This document shows, one piece after another, positions 37,648-46,124 of a stretch of DNA of 64,000 nucleotides (positions are counted from its first letter, which is position 1; each line of letters opens with the position of its first letter). The notes under the pieces were generated by a model. It did no database searches. It saw only the letters and a program-made list of their open reading frames with translations, and had not been told where the DNA came from. Source of the DNA: Minisyncoccota bacterium. GTDB taxonomy: Bacteria; Patescibacteriota; Minisyncoccia; Phycocordibacterales; UBA9973. The translations under genes were made by a program, and so were the position numbers. The stretch covers positions 23,446 through 87,445 of the forward strand of contig JBAYHJ010000002.1 of assembly GCA_041666225.1 (NCBI GenBank), in the 5' to 3' direction.

Positions 37648-38949
37648 ATGAAAAAAATTTTTAAAAAAATTATAGTAAAAATAATAACTTGGCAAGCCAA
37701 GCTGATAATTTCTAAATATCACCCCAAGATTATAGCCATCACTGGTTCTGTTGGTAAAACTTCTACAAAGGATGCTATTTTTACTGTGCTTTCAAAATTT
37801 AAAATAGTTAGAAAAAGTGAAAAAAGTTTTAATAGTGAAGTTGGTTTACCTCTCACTATACTAGGTTCACCAAATGGCTGGAATGATCCATTTATTTGGC
37901 TTGAAAATGTTATTCATGGATTTTATCTTATTCTCTGGAGACAATCTTATCCTGAATATTTAATTCTTGAAGTTGGAGTAGGGAAGCCAGGAGATATTGT
38001 AAAAAATGTTATTCCTTGGCTTCGTCCAGATATTGTTATTATTACTCGATTCCCCGATAAACCTGTTCATATAGAATTTTTTGGATCAGTAGAAAAGATA
38101 ATAGAGGAAAAAAGTGCCCTTGTTTCTTCTTTGAAAAAAGATGGTTTGCTGATATTAAATCATGATGATGAAAAAGTTTATTCTTTACATCAAAAATTTA
38201 ATTATAAAACCGTATCTTTTGGTATGCATGAAAATGCAACATATCATTCTATTTATCCTAGTTATACATACATAACTCGAGATAAAATAAAAATTCCAGA
38301 TGGAATAAATTTTAAATTAGAACATGAAGGTCATACTTTCCCGGTTATGTTGCCAAATGTTTTAGGAATACACAACATAGGCCAAGCTCTCGCGGCTATT
38401 GCTTGTGCTCATGAGTTGGGGTGTGATTTACTCGACTCCATAAAAGCTGTGAGTGGGTATATTACTCCACCCGGTAGACTTTCTCTATTAGAAGGTATAA
38501 ATAATTCTGTAATTATTGATGATACTTACAATTCTTCTCCTGTTGCGATGGATGCGGCTCTTTTGGTATTAAAAGAATTAGAAGGGAAAAGAAAAATTGC
38601 TGTACTAGGAGATATGCTTGAATTAGGAAAATTTACACAGGAAGAACATTATTTAATTGGTGAAAAAATAGTAGGAGTCGCAGATATTTTAATAGCTGTC
38701 GGACCAAGGGCTAAATCGATAGTAGAAGGTGCTCTTGAAAAAGGATTTCCACAAAAAGAAATCTATAGTTTTGATTCATCTAAAACTGCAGCTAAATTCC
38801 TCGAAGGAGTGGTGGAAAAAGGGGATATAATCTTGGTTAAGGGTTCTCAGGGAGTACGCTTAGAACGCACGGTAGAGGCCATTATGGAGCATAAAGAGCT
38901 CAAAAAGAGCCTTTTATGCCGTCAGGATAAAGAGTGGAAGAATAGGTAA
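37648..38949 (+). CDS. murF: UDP-N-acetylmuramoyl-tripeptide--D-alanyl-D-alanine ligase (MurF)
   Basis: IIAITGSVGKTSTKDAI Mur-ligase P-loop with the MurF domain order; 433 aa. Confidence 0.9.
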   Translation: MKKIFKKIIVKIITWQAKLIISKYHPKIIAITGSVGKTSTKDAIFTVLSKFKIVRKSEKSFNSEVGLPLTILGSPNGWNDPFIWLENVIHGFYLILWRQSYPEYLILEVGVGKPGDIVKNVIPWLRPDIVIITRFPDKPVHIEFFGSVEKIIEEKSALVSSLKKDGLLILNHDDEKVYSLHQKFNYKTVSFGMHENATYHSIYPSYTYITRDKIKIPDGINFKLEHEGHTFPVMLPNVLGIHNIGQALAAIACAHELGCDLLDSIKAVSGYITPPGRLSLLEGINNSVIIDDTYNSSPVAMDAALLVLKELEGKRKIAVLGDMLELGKFTQEEHYLIGEKIVGVADILIAVGPRAKSIVEGALEKGFPQKEIYSFDSSKTAAKFLEGVVEKGDIILVKGSQGVRLERTVEAIMEHKELKKSLLCRQDKEWKNR

Positions 38950-38952
38950 AAT

Positions 38953-38981
38953 TAAAACCCGTCTTATGGCGGGTTTTTTCT
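38953..38981 (+). terminator. intrinsic terminator after murF
   Basis: AAAACCCGTC-TTAT-GGCGGGTTTTTTC. Confidence 0.6.
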
Positions 38982-39275
38982 ATAATATTAATATATTTTT
39001 TTGACATGAGATCTCCATTGTTTCTGGATTCTCTTGTTTCTGATTTTGTATCTTATATTCGCTATTTTAATAGCGAAATATTTGTGCTGAATTCTCAGCC
39101 AATTAAAAAAATTTTTCTTTTTCCTCATATTCTTAATTTTTCCCATAATTTTATTTTTTTTTTAAATAACTAATTTGGTTGATTGCTTTATAATATAATA
39201 TGTTTTAAGCTTTTTGTCAAATTAAAAAATGTTGATTAAAAATACTAAGAGATTATTATTTTCCCCAATTTTTGA

Positions 39276-39304
39276 TTGACAATAATTTTATTCATCTATA
39301 AAAT
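39276..39304 (+). promoter_or_regulatory. sigma70-like promoter (TTGACA-17-TAAAAT) for the cupredoxin gene
   Basis: TTGACA at 39276-39281, a 17-nt spacer, and TAAAAT at 39299-39304. Confidence 0.4.
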
Positions 39305-39440
39305 ATAACTTAGATAACTTCTATTTGTTTTATTGTGTTAAATATGGGATCTCCTCTTATCAAATTATTATTAATTATTTATAAATTAGTAGGTGAAGAC
39401 ACAGAGTAATTCTAGTCAGTCATCTACTTGATCAAAATAT

Positions 39441-39902
39441 ATGAAAAAAATATTTATTACCATTGTGCCGATAGTTTTAGTCATTGTCATAATCATTATT
39501 ATTGCCAATAAAAATCCTAAAATAGAAGTAACAAAAGAAATAGAAAATACTAATTCGTTACAATCTACAACATCTGCTGTTTCCCCAGAACCACAAATGC
39601 CAGACACCTCAGTAAGTGCTACTTCTAAAGAAGTTTCTTTTACTGTGAACGGTGGGAATTTTTATTTTAAGCCAAATATTATAAAAGCAAAATTGGGTGA
39701 TGTAGTTAGTTTAAAATTTAAAAATGATGAAGGTTTTCACAATCTTATAATTGATGAATTTAAAGTTGCTACTCAAAATATAAAAAGTGGTGCAGAAGAA
39801 ACTATTACTTTCACTGCCAGTAAAAAGGGAAGTTTTGAGTATTATTGTTCTGTTGGTACTCATCGCCAAATGGGCATGAAGGGGACTCTGATTGTGGAAT
39901 AA
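39441..39902 (+). CDS. cupredoxin-fold (plastocyanin/amicyanin-like) blue copper protein, membrane-anchored
   Basis: N-terminal TM/signal anchor, and type-1 Cu ligands in GFHNL ... YYCSVGTHRQMGMKG (His ... Cys-x4-His-x4-Met). Confidence 0.75.
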   Translation: MKKIFITIVPIVLVIVIIIIIANKNPKIEVTKEIENTNSLQSTTSAVSPEPQMPDTSVSATSKEVSFTVNGGNFYFKPNIIKAKLGDVVSLKFKNDEGFHNLIIDEFKVATQNIKSGAEETITFTASKKGSFEYYCSVGTHRQMGMKGTLIVE

Positions 39903-40057
39903 AAAAATTCTTGACTTTATTTTTTAAAAATGTAAATATAAAAATATGGCACAAATTATCAAAAATCAAAATAAAAACTTCTGGAAGATTTTTATTTATA
40001 CCTCAATTTTGAAGGTTGATTTTTGATAATAAATGTAAACTCTAAAAAATTTATTTT

Positions 40058-40096
40058 TAAAAACCAGCTTTCAAACGAAGCTGGTTTTGTTCTTTA
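40058..40096 (+). terminator. intrinsic terminator after the cupredoxin gene
   Basis: AAAACCAGCTT-TCAAACG-AAGCTGGTTTTGTTCTTT. Confidence 0.6.
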
Positions 40097-40138
40097 AATA
40101 AATCAATAATTAATAACCATTTTAAAAAAGGAGGCCTT

Positions 40139-40549
40139 ATGTTGAATTATTTTGTGAAAACCCGTTATGATGGTGATTCTCATGAATCGTCAAAAATTAA
40201 CTTATCAGAAAAAAAAGAAAAATTTACGGAAAAAGAACCCACATTTTCAATAGATGGGGCAAATAACGACGGAGAGTTTGAACTCGATGTTAAAAGTTTT
40301 TTTGGACTCTCAGGTTATCCTAAAAAAGTAATTGTACTTTGTGTAGTAACTAAAGGTAAGGTTACTGATGAGAATAATATTACTTTAAATTTTAAAAACG
40401 GAGAATCAGTTGAAGAGCAAATCAAACGAATTGAGGTTTGGAAAAAAGGAGTTAATTTTGCTATCACAGGACAACATGTCGGACTTTGTTTATCTAAGCT
40501 TTCTCTCCGTCAATTGAGGCGACTCAATGAAAAGGAAAAAGGGAGTTAA
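40139..40549 (+). CDS. hypothetical protein (136 aa)
   Basis: Strong SD AAAGGAGG 8 nt upstream and its own terminator downstream; no recognisable domain. Confidence 0.6.
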   Translation: MLNYFVKTRYDGDSHESSKINLSEKKEKFTEKEPTFSIDGANNDGEFELDVKSFFGLSGYPKKVIVLCVVTKGKVTDENNITLNFKNGESVEEQIKRIEVWKKGVNFAITGQHVGLCLSKLSLRQLRRLNEKEKGS

Positions 40550-40570
40550 TTATTGAGGAATGATTTAAAT

Positions 40571-40598
40571 AGCCACCCAAAAGGTGGCTTTTTTATAT
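40571..40598 (+). terminator. intrinsic terminator
   Basis: AGCCACC-CAAAA-GGTGGCTTTTTT. Confidence 0.6.
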
Positions 40599-40626
40599 AT
40601 TAATAAATTAGTGGTATGATAAATAC

Positions 40627-41058
40627 ATGTTAAAAGAAGGAACAAAAATAATAGATTTTAATCTTGTTGATCAAAATGGTGTAGCACATAAATTATCAGA
40701 TTACTCTGGTCGTGTACTTTTGTATTTCTACCCCAAAGATGATACTCCAGGATGCACAAAGGAAGCTTGTATGATTACCGAAGTATATGATGATTTTAAA
40801 AAAGCTGGTATCACAGTTTTGGGAGTGTCATCTGATTCTCCAGAGAGTCATAAAAAGTTTGCAGAAAAATACAATTTACCGTTTACTCTTTTGTCTGATC
40901 CAAGCAAGATTGCCATTAAGGCGTATGGAGCCTCTTCAATGCTTTTCACCAAACGAATTTCTTATCTTATAGACAAAGGAATAATAATAAAAGTTTACCC
41001 CAAAGTAGACCCAGCCAGTCACGCAAGGGAGATATTGAAGGAAATAAGTAAGAAATAA
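40627..41058 (+). CDS. bcp: thiol peroxidase Bcp (peroxiredoxin)
   Basis: LLYFYPKDDTPGCTKEAC peroxidatic-Cys motif within a thioredoxin fold; 143 aa. Confidence 0.85.
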   Translation: MLKEGTKIIDFNLVDQNGVAHKLSDYSGRVLLYFYPKDDTPGCTKEACMITEVYDDFKKAGITVLGVSSDSPESHKKFAEKYNLPFTLLSDPSKIAIKAYGASSMLFTKRISYLIDKGIIIKVYPKVDPASHAREILKEISKK

Positions 41059-41144
41059 AAAGTTATGTAAGGAAAAGTCTTTCGATTCTATGACACAAGT
41101 AAACCCAGTAGGTCATTTTACTAAATAAGCAGTTTATTTGCTTA

Positions 41145-41195
41145 GGGTCACAACGAAAATAACCTTATTTTATAAGGCTTTTTTCGTTGTGACCC
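41145..41195. terminator. long inverted repeat that includes the tRNA-Glu 3' acceptor strand; probably a bidirectional terminator
   Basis: GGGTCACAACGAAAA (41145-41159) pairs with TTTTCGTTGTGACCC (41181-41195); an inner AACCTTAT-TT-TATAAGG stem-loop is followed by CTTTTTT. Confidence 0.5.
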
Positions 41196-41261
41196 TACAG
41201 AGAATCGAACTCTGATTACCGCCTTGAGAAGGCGATGTCCTAACCGTTAGACGATAGGGCC
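41190..41261 (-). tRNA. tRNA-Glu (anticodon CTC)
   Basis: The reverse complement is GGCCCTATCGTCTAACGGTTAGGACATCGCCTTCTCAAGGCGGTAATCAGAGTTCGATTCTCTGTAGGGTCA. Anticodon stem TCGCC/GGCGG with loop TTCTCAA; T-arm CAGAG-TTCGATT-CTCTG. Confidence 0.85.
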
Positions 41262-41421
41262 AAGGATAATTACTAATTAATAATTAGAAATTAAAAATTT
41301 AAAAGACAATACTAATACAAAAGCATACTCTAAAAATAACAGAATATTGGCTATTTTACAAGGGCTTTTAATAATAAAGATAAGAATATATTCAAATATT
41401 AATATATGTTATAATCATCTT

Positions 41422-42114
41422 ATGACAGAAGAAATTGGAACTTTGTATATAGTAGCGACTCCAATAGGGAATTTGGAAGATATTACTTTCCGGGCTATTC
41501 GTATACTTAAGGAAGTTGATTATATTTTATGTGAAGATACGAGAACAACACAAGTTCTATTAAATAAATATGAAATTAAAACCAAGACGATGAGTTATCA
41601 TGCTCATAGTACTGAGGGAAGGGAAACATCTATAATAAATTTACTTAAGGGTGGTAAAAATTTAGCTCTAGTTTCTGATGCGGGGACTCCTTGTATTTCT
41701 GACCCCGGGGTTATGCTTGTTTCTAATGTTAGAAAAGAATTTGGTCTTGATGCAAAAGTTTCTCCAATTCCTGGGCCTAGTGCTCTGATTTCCGCACTTT
41801 CAGCGAGTGGTATATCTTCAGCAGAATTTATTTTCTTGGGATTCTTGCCACACAAAAAAGGAAGAGAAACGATTTTTAAAGAAATTGCTTCATCAGACAA
41901 AGTGATAGTATTTTATGAATCAACTCACAGAATTTTGAAAACTCTCACATCTCTCGATAAATATTCACCAAAATGTAAGATCATGATTGCTCGCGAAATA
42001 ACAAAGCAGTTTGAGGAATTTGTAGATGGGACGCCAAGTGAATTATTAAAATATTTGAGCGATAATAAAGTAAAACAAAAAGGGGAATTTGTCGTAATTG
42101 TTTCTCCGTTATAA
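41422..42114 (+). CDS. rsmI: 16S rRNA (cytidine1402-2'-O)-methyltransferase RsmI
   Basis: GTLYIVATPIGNLEDITFRAIRILKEVDYILCEDTRTT (tetrapyrrole-methylase fold). TATAAT at 41409-41414 lies 7 nt before the ATG, so the gene is probably leaderless; the upstream in-frame ORF from 41347 is unlikely. Confidence 0.8.
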   Translation: MTEEIGTLYIVATPIGNLEDITFRAIRILKEVDYILCEDTRTTQVLLNKYEIKTKTMSYHAHSTEGRETSIINLLKGGKNLALVSDAGTPCISDPGVMLVSNVRKEFGLDAKVSPIPGPSALISALSASGISSAEFIFLGFLPHKKGRETIFKEIASSDKVIVFYESTHRILKTLTSLDKYSPKCKIMIAREITKQFEEFVDGTPSELLKYLSDNKVKQKGEFVVIVSPL

Positions 42115-42348
42115 ATGTTATATAATACGTATATGAGAAAAGAAAAAACGTTGTTTATCATAGGTTTGTGGGTATCAGCACTGTCTTTTTTAGGTTTTCC
42201 TAAGATGTGGCGTGATATATTGTTTTTGATTACAGGATTTGCAATTATTTATCTCGCTTATCTTTTTTATATTGAAGTTAAAGCTCGTTTATCAAAAGAT
42301 ATAAATCACAGCAAAACATTTGTTGATAATATTGGAGCTGGTGAATAA
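42115..42348 (+). CDS. hypothetical small membrane protein (77 aa)
   Basis: Two hydrophobic helices; the stop of rsmI overlaps its start (TAAATG). Confidence 0.4.
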   Translation: MLYNTYMRKEKTLFIIGLWVSALSFLGFPKMWRDILFLITGFAIIYLAYLFYIEVKARLSKDINHSKTFVDNIGAGE

Positions 42349-43576
42349 TATGTCATTTAAAAACAATAAAAAAAGATTTATCTTAATCTGCCTCGCAATA
42401 TTATTATGCGGGGTTGTTGTTTATTTTACCTTACCCTATGTGTATAGTGATGATATTGAATATAATATAAATAATGAAATATCTAGTGATAAAAATAATA
42501 AATTAAATAATTTAACAGAAAAACAAAAAGAAGAAAATATAATTAAAACGAGTGTGGAGACAATTATTCCAGTTACTCACATAGCGACACCAGAACATGT
42601 CAGAGCACTTTATATGTCAGGTTGGGTAGCTGGTTCAAAAGATTTTCGTGATTCACTTATAAAAATAATCGACCAAACAGAATTAAATTCTGTTGTAATA
42701 GATATAAAAGATTCTACTGGACGATTAAGTTTTGAAATAAATGATCCTGAGATAAAAAAAATTGGAAGTGCAGAAGGGCGAATAAAGAATATAAATGAAC
42801 TTATTACATTACTCCATTCAAAAAATATTTATATAATAGGACGTATCTCAACATTTCAAGATCCATATTTAACCAAATTAAAACCAGAGTGGGCAATAAA
42901 AAGACTTAGCGATGGGGGAGTTTGGAAAGATAGAAAAGGTTTATCATTTTTAGATCCGACAAATAAAAATGTACATGGATATATTTTATCAATTGCTAAA
43001 AATTCATATGAAATAGGTTTTGATGAATTAAATTTTGATTATATCAGATATCCCTCTGATGGAAATATGAAAGATATAAATTATAATCTTGCTACCGGTA
43101 AAACTCGAGCAGACAATATAGAAACATTTTTTAAATATCTATCAGAAGAATTAAAAAAAGATGAAAACATTCCTATCTCTGGTGATTTATTTGGTTTAAC
43201 AACAGAGGTTAATAATGATATGGGAATAGGTCAGGTCTGGGAGAAAGCATTACCTTATTTTGATTATCTTTGTCCAATGGTGTATCCATCTCATTATCCA
43301 TCAAATCATGCTGGATACAAGAATCCAGCTTTATATCCTTATGAAGTAGTAAATAGGGCGTTACTTGGAGCAATTGCTAAAACTAAAGCGATTAATCAAC
43401 CTGTAGCTAAAATCCGACCATGGATACAAGATTTTGATATGGGAGCAACTTACACTAAAGAAATGGTCAAAGCACAAATCAAGGCAACTTATGATAATGG
43501 ATTAAATTCTTGGTTACTTTGGGATCCAAGCAATAAATATACTCCATCAGCATTAAAACTTGAAACATTAAATTAA
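42320..43576 (+). CDS. putative glycoside-hydrolase-like TIM-barrel protein (GHL/DUF4015-like), membrane-anchored
   Basis: N-terminal TM helix (the MSFKNNKKRF start is probably 42350); motifs HVRALYMSGW, VVIDIKD, FDELNFDYIRYP and LCPMVYPSHY, which I recall from the hypothetical glycosyl hydrolase family. Family assignment is from memory. Confidence 0.45.
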   Translation: MLIILELVNNMSFKNNKKRFILICLAILLCGVVVYFTLPYVYSDDIEYNINNEISSDKNNKLNNLTEKQKEENIIKTSVETIIPVTHIATPEHVRALYMSGWVAGSKDFRDSLIKIIDQTELNSVVIDIKDSTGRLSFEINDPEIKKIGSAEGRIKNINELITLLHSKNIYIIGRISTFQDPYLTKLKPEWAIKRLSDGGVWKDRKGLSFLDPTNKNVHGYILSIAKNSYEIGFDELNFDYIRYPSDGNMKDINYNLATGKTRADNIETFFKYLSEELKKDENIPISGDLFGLTTEVNNDMGIGQVWEKALPYFDYLCPMVYPSHYPSNHAGYKNPALYPYEVVNRALLGAIAKTKAINQPVAKIRPWIQDFDMGATYTKEMVKAQIKATYDNGLNSWLLWDPSNKYTPSALKLETLN

Positions 43577-43613
43577 TTTTGTAATAATGAAATAGTGTTA
43601 AACAAAAAATAAA

Positions 43614-44843
43614 ATGAATAATAAAAAAATAATTTTTAAAAAAATAGGTTACATTATAATTTCATTGATATTTACCGTTGGTATTTTGGGGCTTGGTGTT
43701 TATATTGGGTATTCTCATAGGCCAGAAATTGAAAAAATTTCCGGAGTTATAAATAAAACCCCACAAACAGAAACTAGTGCAGATTTTAGTTCATTTTGGA
43801 AGACATGGAATCTTTTGAATGAAAAATCTATCTATGCTAAAAAAGTAACAGATCAAGACCGTGTTTGGGGTGCTATATCAGGGCTTGCTTCATCCCTTGG
43901 GGATCCTTACACAGTATTTTTTCCACCCAAAGAAAATAAATCTTTTAATGAAGAAATAATGGGTTCGTTTGAAGGTATAGGTGCCGAAATTGGAATCAAA
44001 GATCAAGTTCTGACAGTTATTGCTCCATTAAAAGATACCCCAGCTTGGAGATCTGGAGTTAAAGCAGGAGATAAAATAATAAAGATCAATAAACTTAGTA
44101 CAAATGATATGACCGTAGATGGAGCGATAGATCTTATCCGTGGACCTGAAGGAACAGATGTTACTCTTACCGTTATTCGTCTTGGGGAAAATGAAACTCG
44201 TGATATTGTAGTAAAGAGGGAAAGGATACAAGTTCCTACTTTAGACGCAGAATTACGTGACGACGGGATTTTTGTTATTAGACTTTATAGCTTTTCTGAA
44301 AACTCCGATAATTTATTTAAAGACGCTATTGTTCAATTCTTGAATTCAGGTTCCAGTAAATTAATTTTAGATTTAAGAGGTAATCCAGGTGGGTACTTAA
44401 GTTCTGCAGTAAATATTGGTTCTTGGTTTATAGACGAAGGTAAAACAATTCTTAGTGAAGATTCTGAAGATGGAAGTAAACCTAAAATCTATAGAAGTCA
44501 TGGCCCTAAACTATTTGACGAGAAACTTTCTTTTGTTGTGCTTGTTGATGGTGGCTCTGCCTCTGCTTCTGAGATTTTAGCAGGTGCACTTCGTGAGCAT
44601 AAGGTTGCAACACTAGTTGGAGAAAAGACTTTTGGAAAAGGTTCTGTCCAAGAATTGGTCAAAATCACAGATGATACATCATTGAAGGTTACAGTTGCTC
44701 ACTGGTTTACTCCAAATGGCGTCTCGATTTCTCTAAAAGGAATTGATCCAGATATAAAAGTTTCTATCACGGCAAAAGATTTTGAAAATAAAAAAGATCC
44801 TCAAATGGATAAGGCGGTTGAAATATTAAATAATAAAAAATAA
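43614..44843 (+). CDS. ctpA: carboxy-terminal processing peptidase (S41 family, Ctp/Prc) with a PDZ domain
   Basis: N-terminal TM helix, PDZ region GVKAGDKIIKIN, and the catalytic region LDLRGNPGGYL ... LVDGGSASASEILAGAL ... GEKTFGKGSVQ (Ser/Lys dyad context). Confidence 0.85.
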   Translation: MNNKKIIFKKIGYIIISLIFTVGILGLGVYIGYSHRPEIEKISGVINKTPQTETSADFSSFWKTWNLLNEKSIYAKKVTDQDRVWGAISGLASSLGDPYTVFFPPKENKSFNEEIMGSFEGIGAEIGIKDQVLTVIAPLKDTPAWRSGVKAGDKIIKINKLSTNDMTVDGAIDLIRGPEGTDVTLTVIRLGENETRDIVVKRERIQVPTLDAELRDDGIFVIRLYSFSENSDNLFKDAIVQFLNSGSSKLILDLRGNPGGYLSSAVNIGSWFIDEGKTILSEDSEDGSKPKIYRSHGPKLFDEKLSFVVLVDGGSASASEILAGALREHKVATLVGEKTFGKGSVQELVKITDDTSLKVTVAHWFTPNGVSISLKGIDPDIKVSITAKDFENKKDPQMDKAVEILNNKK

Positions 44844-44849
44844 AATTAT

Positions 44850-45293
44850 ATGAAAGTTATTTTACTCACAGATATACCAAAGGTTGGAAATAAATACGAT
44901 GTAAAAGAATTTAAAGAAGGTTATGCTCAAAATGTTCTTTTGTCAAAAGGTCTTGCTTGTCTTGCAACCAAAGCTGAACTTGCCAAGTTAGAAGATAGAA
45001 AAAAACAAATGCAAAAGAAAAAAGAAGAAGAGATGGAATCCTTCAATAATTTAATTGCTTCAGTAGATAATAAAGTTATTACAATAAAAGTCAAGGCCAA
45101 TGAAAAAGGGCATTTATTTAAAGCTGTTGGACCACATGATGTTGTTTTGGCTATTAAAGATATAACTGGGATAGATTTAGATGAAAAATCTTTAACTATG
45201 GAACATATCAAAGTTTTAGGAATACATAAAGTTTTAATTAAAAAAGGAGACAAAAAAGGGGAGTGTGAAATAGAAGTAATTAATGAAAGATAA
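44850..45293 (+). CDS. rplI: 50S ribosomal protein L9
   Basis: MKVILLTDIPKVGNKYDVKEFKEGYAQNVLLSKGLA is the N-domain signature; 147 aa. Confidence 0.9.
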   Translation: MKVILLTDIPKVGNKYDVKEFKEGYAQNVLLSKGLACLATKAELAKLEDRKKQMQKKKEEEMESFNNLIASVDNKVITIKVKANEKGHLFKAVGPHDVVLAIKDITGIDLDEKSLTMEHIKVLGIHKVLIKKGDKKGECEIEVINER

Positions 45294-45316
45294 AGTAGAA
45301 AAAAGAGATATGTTAA

Positions 45317-45347
45317 CCCCAGATAGCTGCTTAGCAGCTATCTGGGG
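45317..45347. other. perfect 14-bp stem-loop CCCCAGATAGCTGC-TTA-GCAGCTATCTGGGG without an adjacent T-run
   Basis: Directly visible GC-rich palindrome located between rplI and the downstream terminator. Confidence 0.6.
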
Positions 45348-45356
45348 GAGAGAATT

Positions 45357-45386
45357 AAAAAATCCTCATTAATGAGGATTTTTTAA
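45357..45386. terminator. bidirectional intrinsic terminator between rplI (+) and rpmA (-)
   Basis: AAAATCCTCATT-AATGAGGATTTTTT is a perfect palindrome flanked by A and T runs. Confidence 0.65.
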
Positions 45387-45399
45387 TTTTAATTTAAAT

Positions 45400-45672
45400 T
45401 TATATTACGTGAACTACTTTCTTAACTGAGGATGTTCTGTTGAAATTTATTTTTCTTTTTGTTCCAAATTTTATAGTACCAGGTTTTAAAGCAAACAAAG
45501 TGTGGTCTTTACCCATACTAACATTATTACCAGGAAGGATTTTTGTTCCTCGTTGACGGATGATAATACTTCCTGCTTTAGCTTTTTCACCAGCATAAAG
45601 CTTAGTACCTAGATACTTTGGATTTGAGTCTTTTAAGTTTTTCGCCGAACCTCCGGCTTTCCTATGTGCCAT
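45400..45672 (-). CDS. rpmA: 50S ribosomal protein L27
   Basis: [61 protein letters not shown] is the bL27 signature. Confidence 0.9.
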   Translation of the reverse strand: MAHRKAGGSAKNLKDSNPKYLGTKLYAGEKAKAGSIIIRQRGTKILPGNNVSMGKDHTLFALKPGTIKFGTKRKINFNRTSSVKKVVHVI

Positions 45673-45722
45673 ATATTATTATGCTAGCCAATAGCCAATT
45701 TATTATTTATAATCAAGTAAGT

Positions 45723-46121
45723 ATGAGTATACCTAATATATTCGATAAAATCAAGGGGAAGATAGGTGTTGACAAGATTACTATTTTGTATTTATTTATA
45801 ATAGTTGGGGTAGGGGTGGGGTCCTTTGGTTTAGGTCGATTTTCGGCCAATAATAGTTTAAATGATAGTGAACCTATATCAATAATTGATAATAGTAGTA
45901 TTGATACTTCCTTGGATAAAAATATTGATAATAATAAAATTTCAAATTTACAATCAGATCAACCACAAGAGCGTAGGTATGTGGCATCAAAAAATGGTAA
46001 AATGTATTATAGTTTAGGTTGTAGTGGAGCTAAACGTATCAAGAAAGAGAATGAAGTCTGGTTTAGCACTTCTCTAGATGCAGAAAAATCAGGATATACA
46101 CGTTCGTCCACTTGTAAATAA
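45723..46121 (+). CDS. membrane-anchored protein with a C-terminal Ada-type metal-binding domain
   Basis: The MSIPNIF start at 45723 is chosen because the track's 45618 start overlaps rpmA. TM helix ILYLFIIVGVGVGSFGLG; the C-terminus YYSLGCSGAKRIKKENEVWFSTSLDAEKSGYTRSSTC resembles the Ada Zn-binding domain. Confidence 0.5.
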   Translation: MSIPNIFDKIKGKIGVDKITILYLFIIVGVGVGSFGLGRFSANNSLNDSEPISIIDNSSIDTSLDKNIDNNKISNLQSDQPQERRYVASKNGKMYYSLGCSGAKRIKKENEVWFSTSLDAEKSGYTRSSTCK

Positions 46122-46124
46122 TAT

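Noticed and set aside
38982-39440. Chromosomal origin (oriC) in the 460-bp AT-rich gap
   Set aside because: No DnaA-box cluster. The only perfect TTATCCACA / TGTGGATAA 9-mers in the window are isolated (34143 and ~58500) and not near dnaA/dnaN.
45618-45722. N-terminal 35 codons of the track ORF 45618..46121
   Set aside because: Would overlap the rpmA coding start on the opposite strand; the internal ATG at 45723 gives a sensible membrane-anchored protein.
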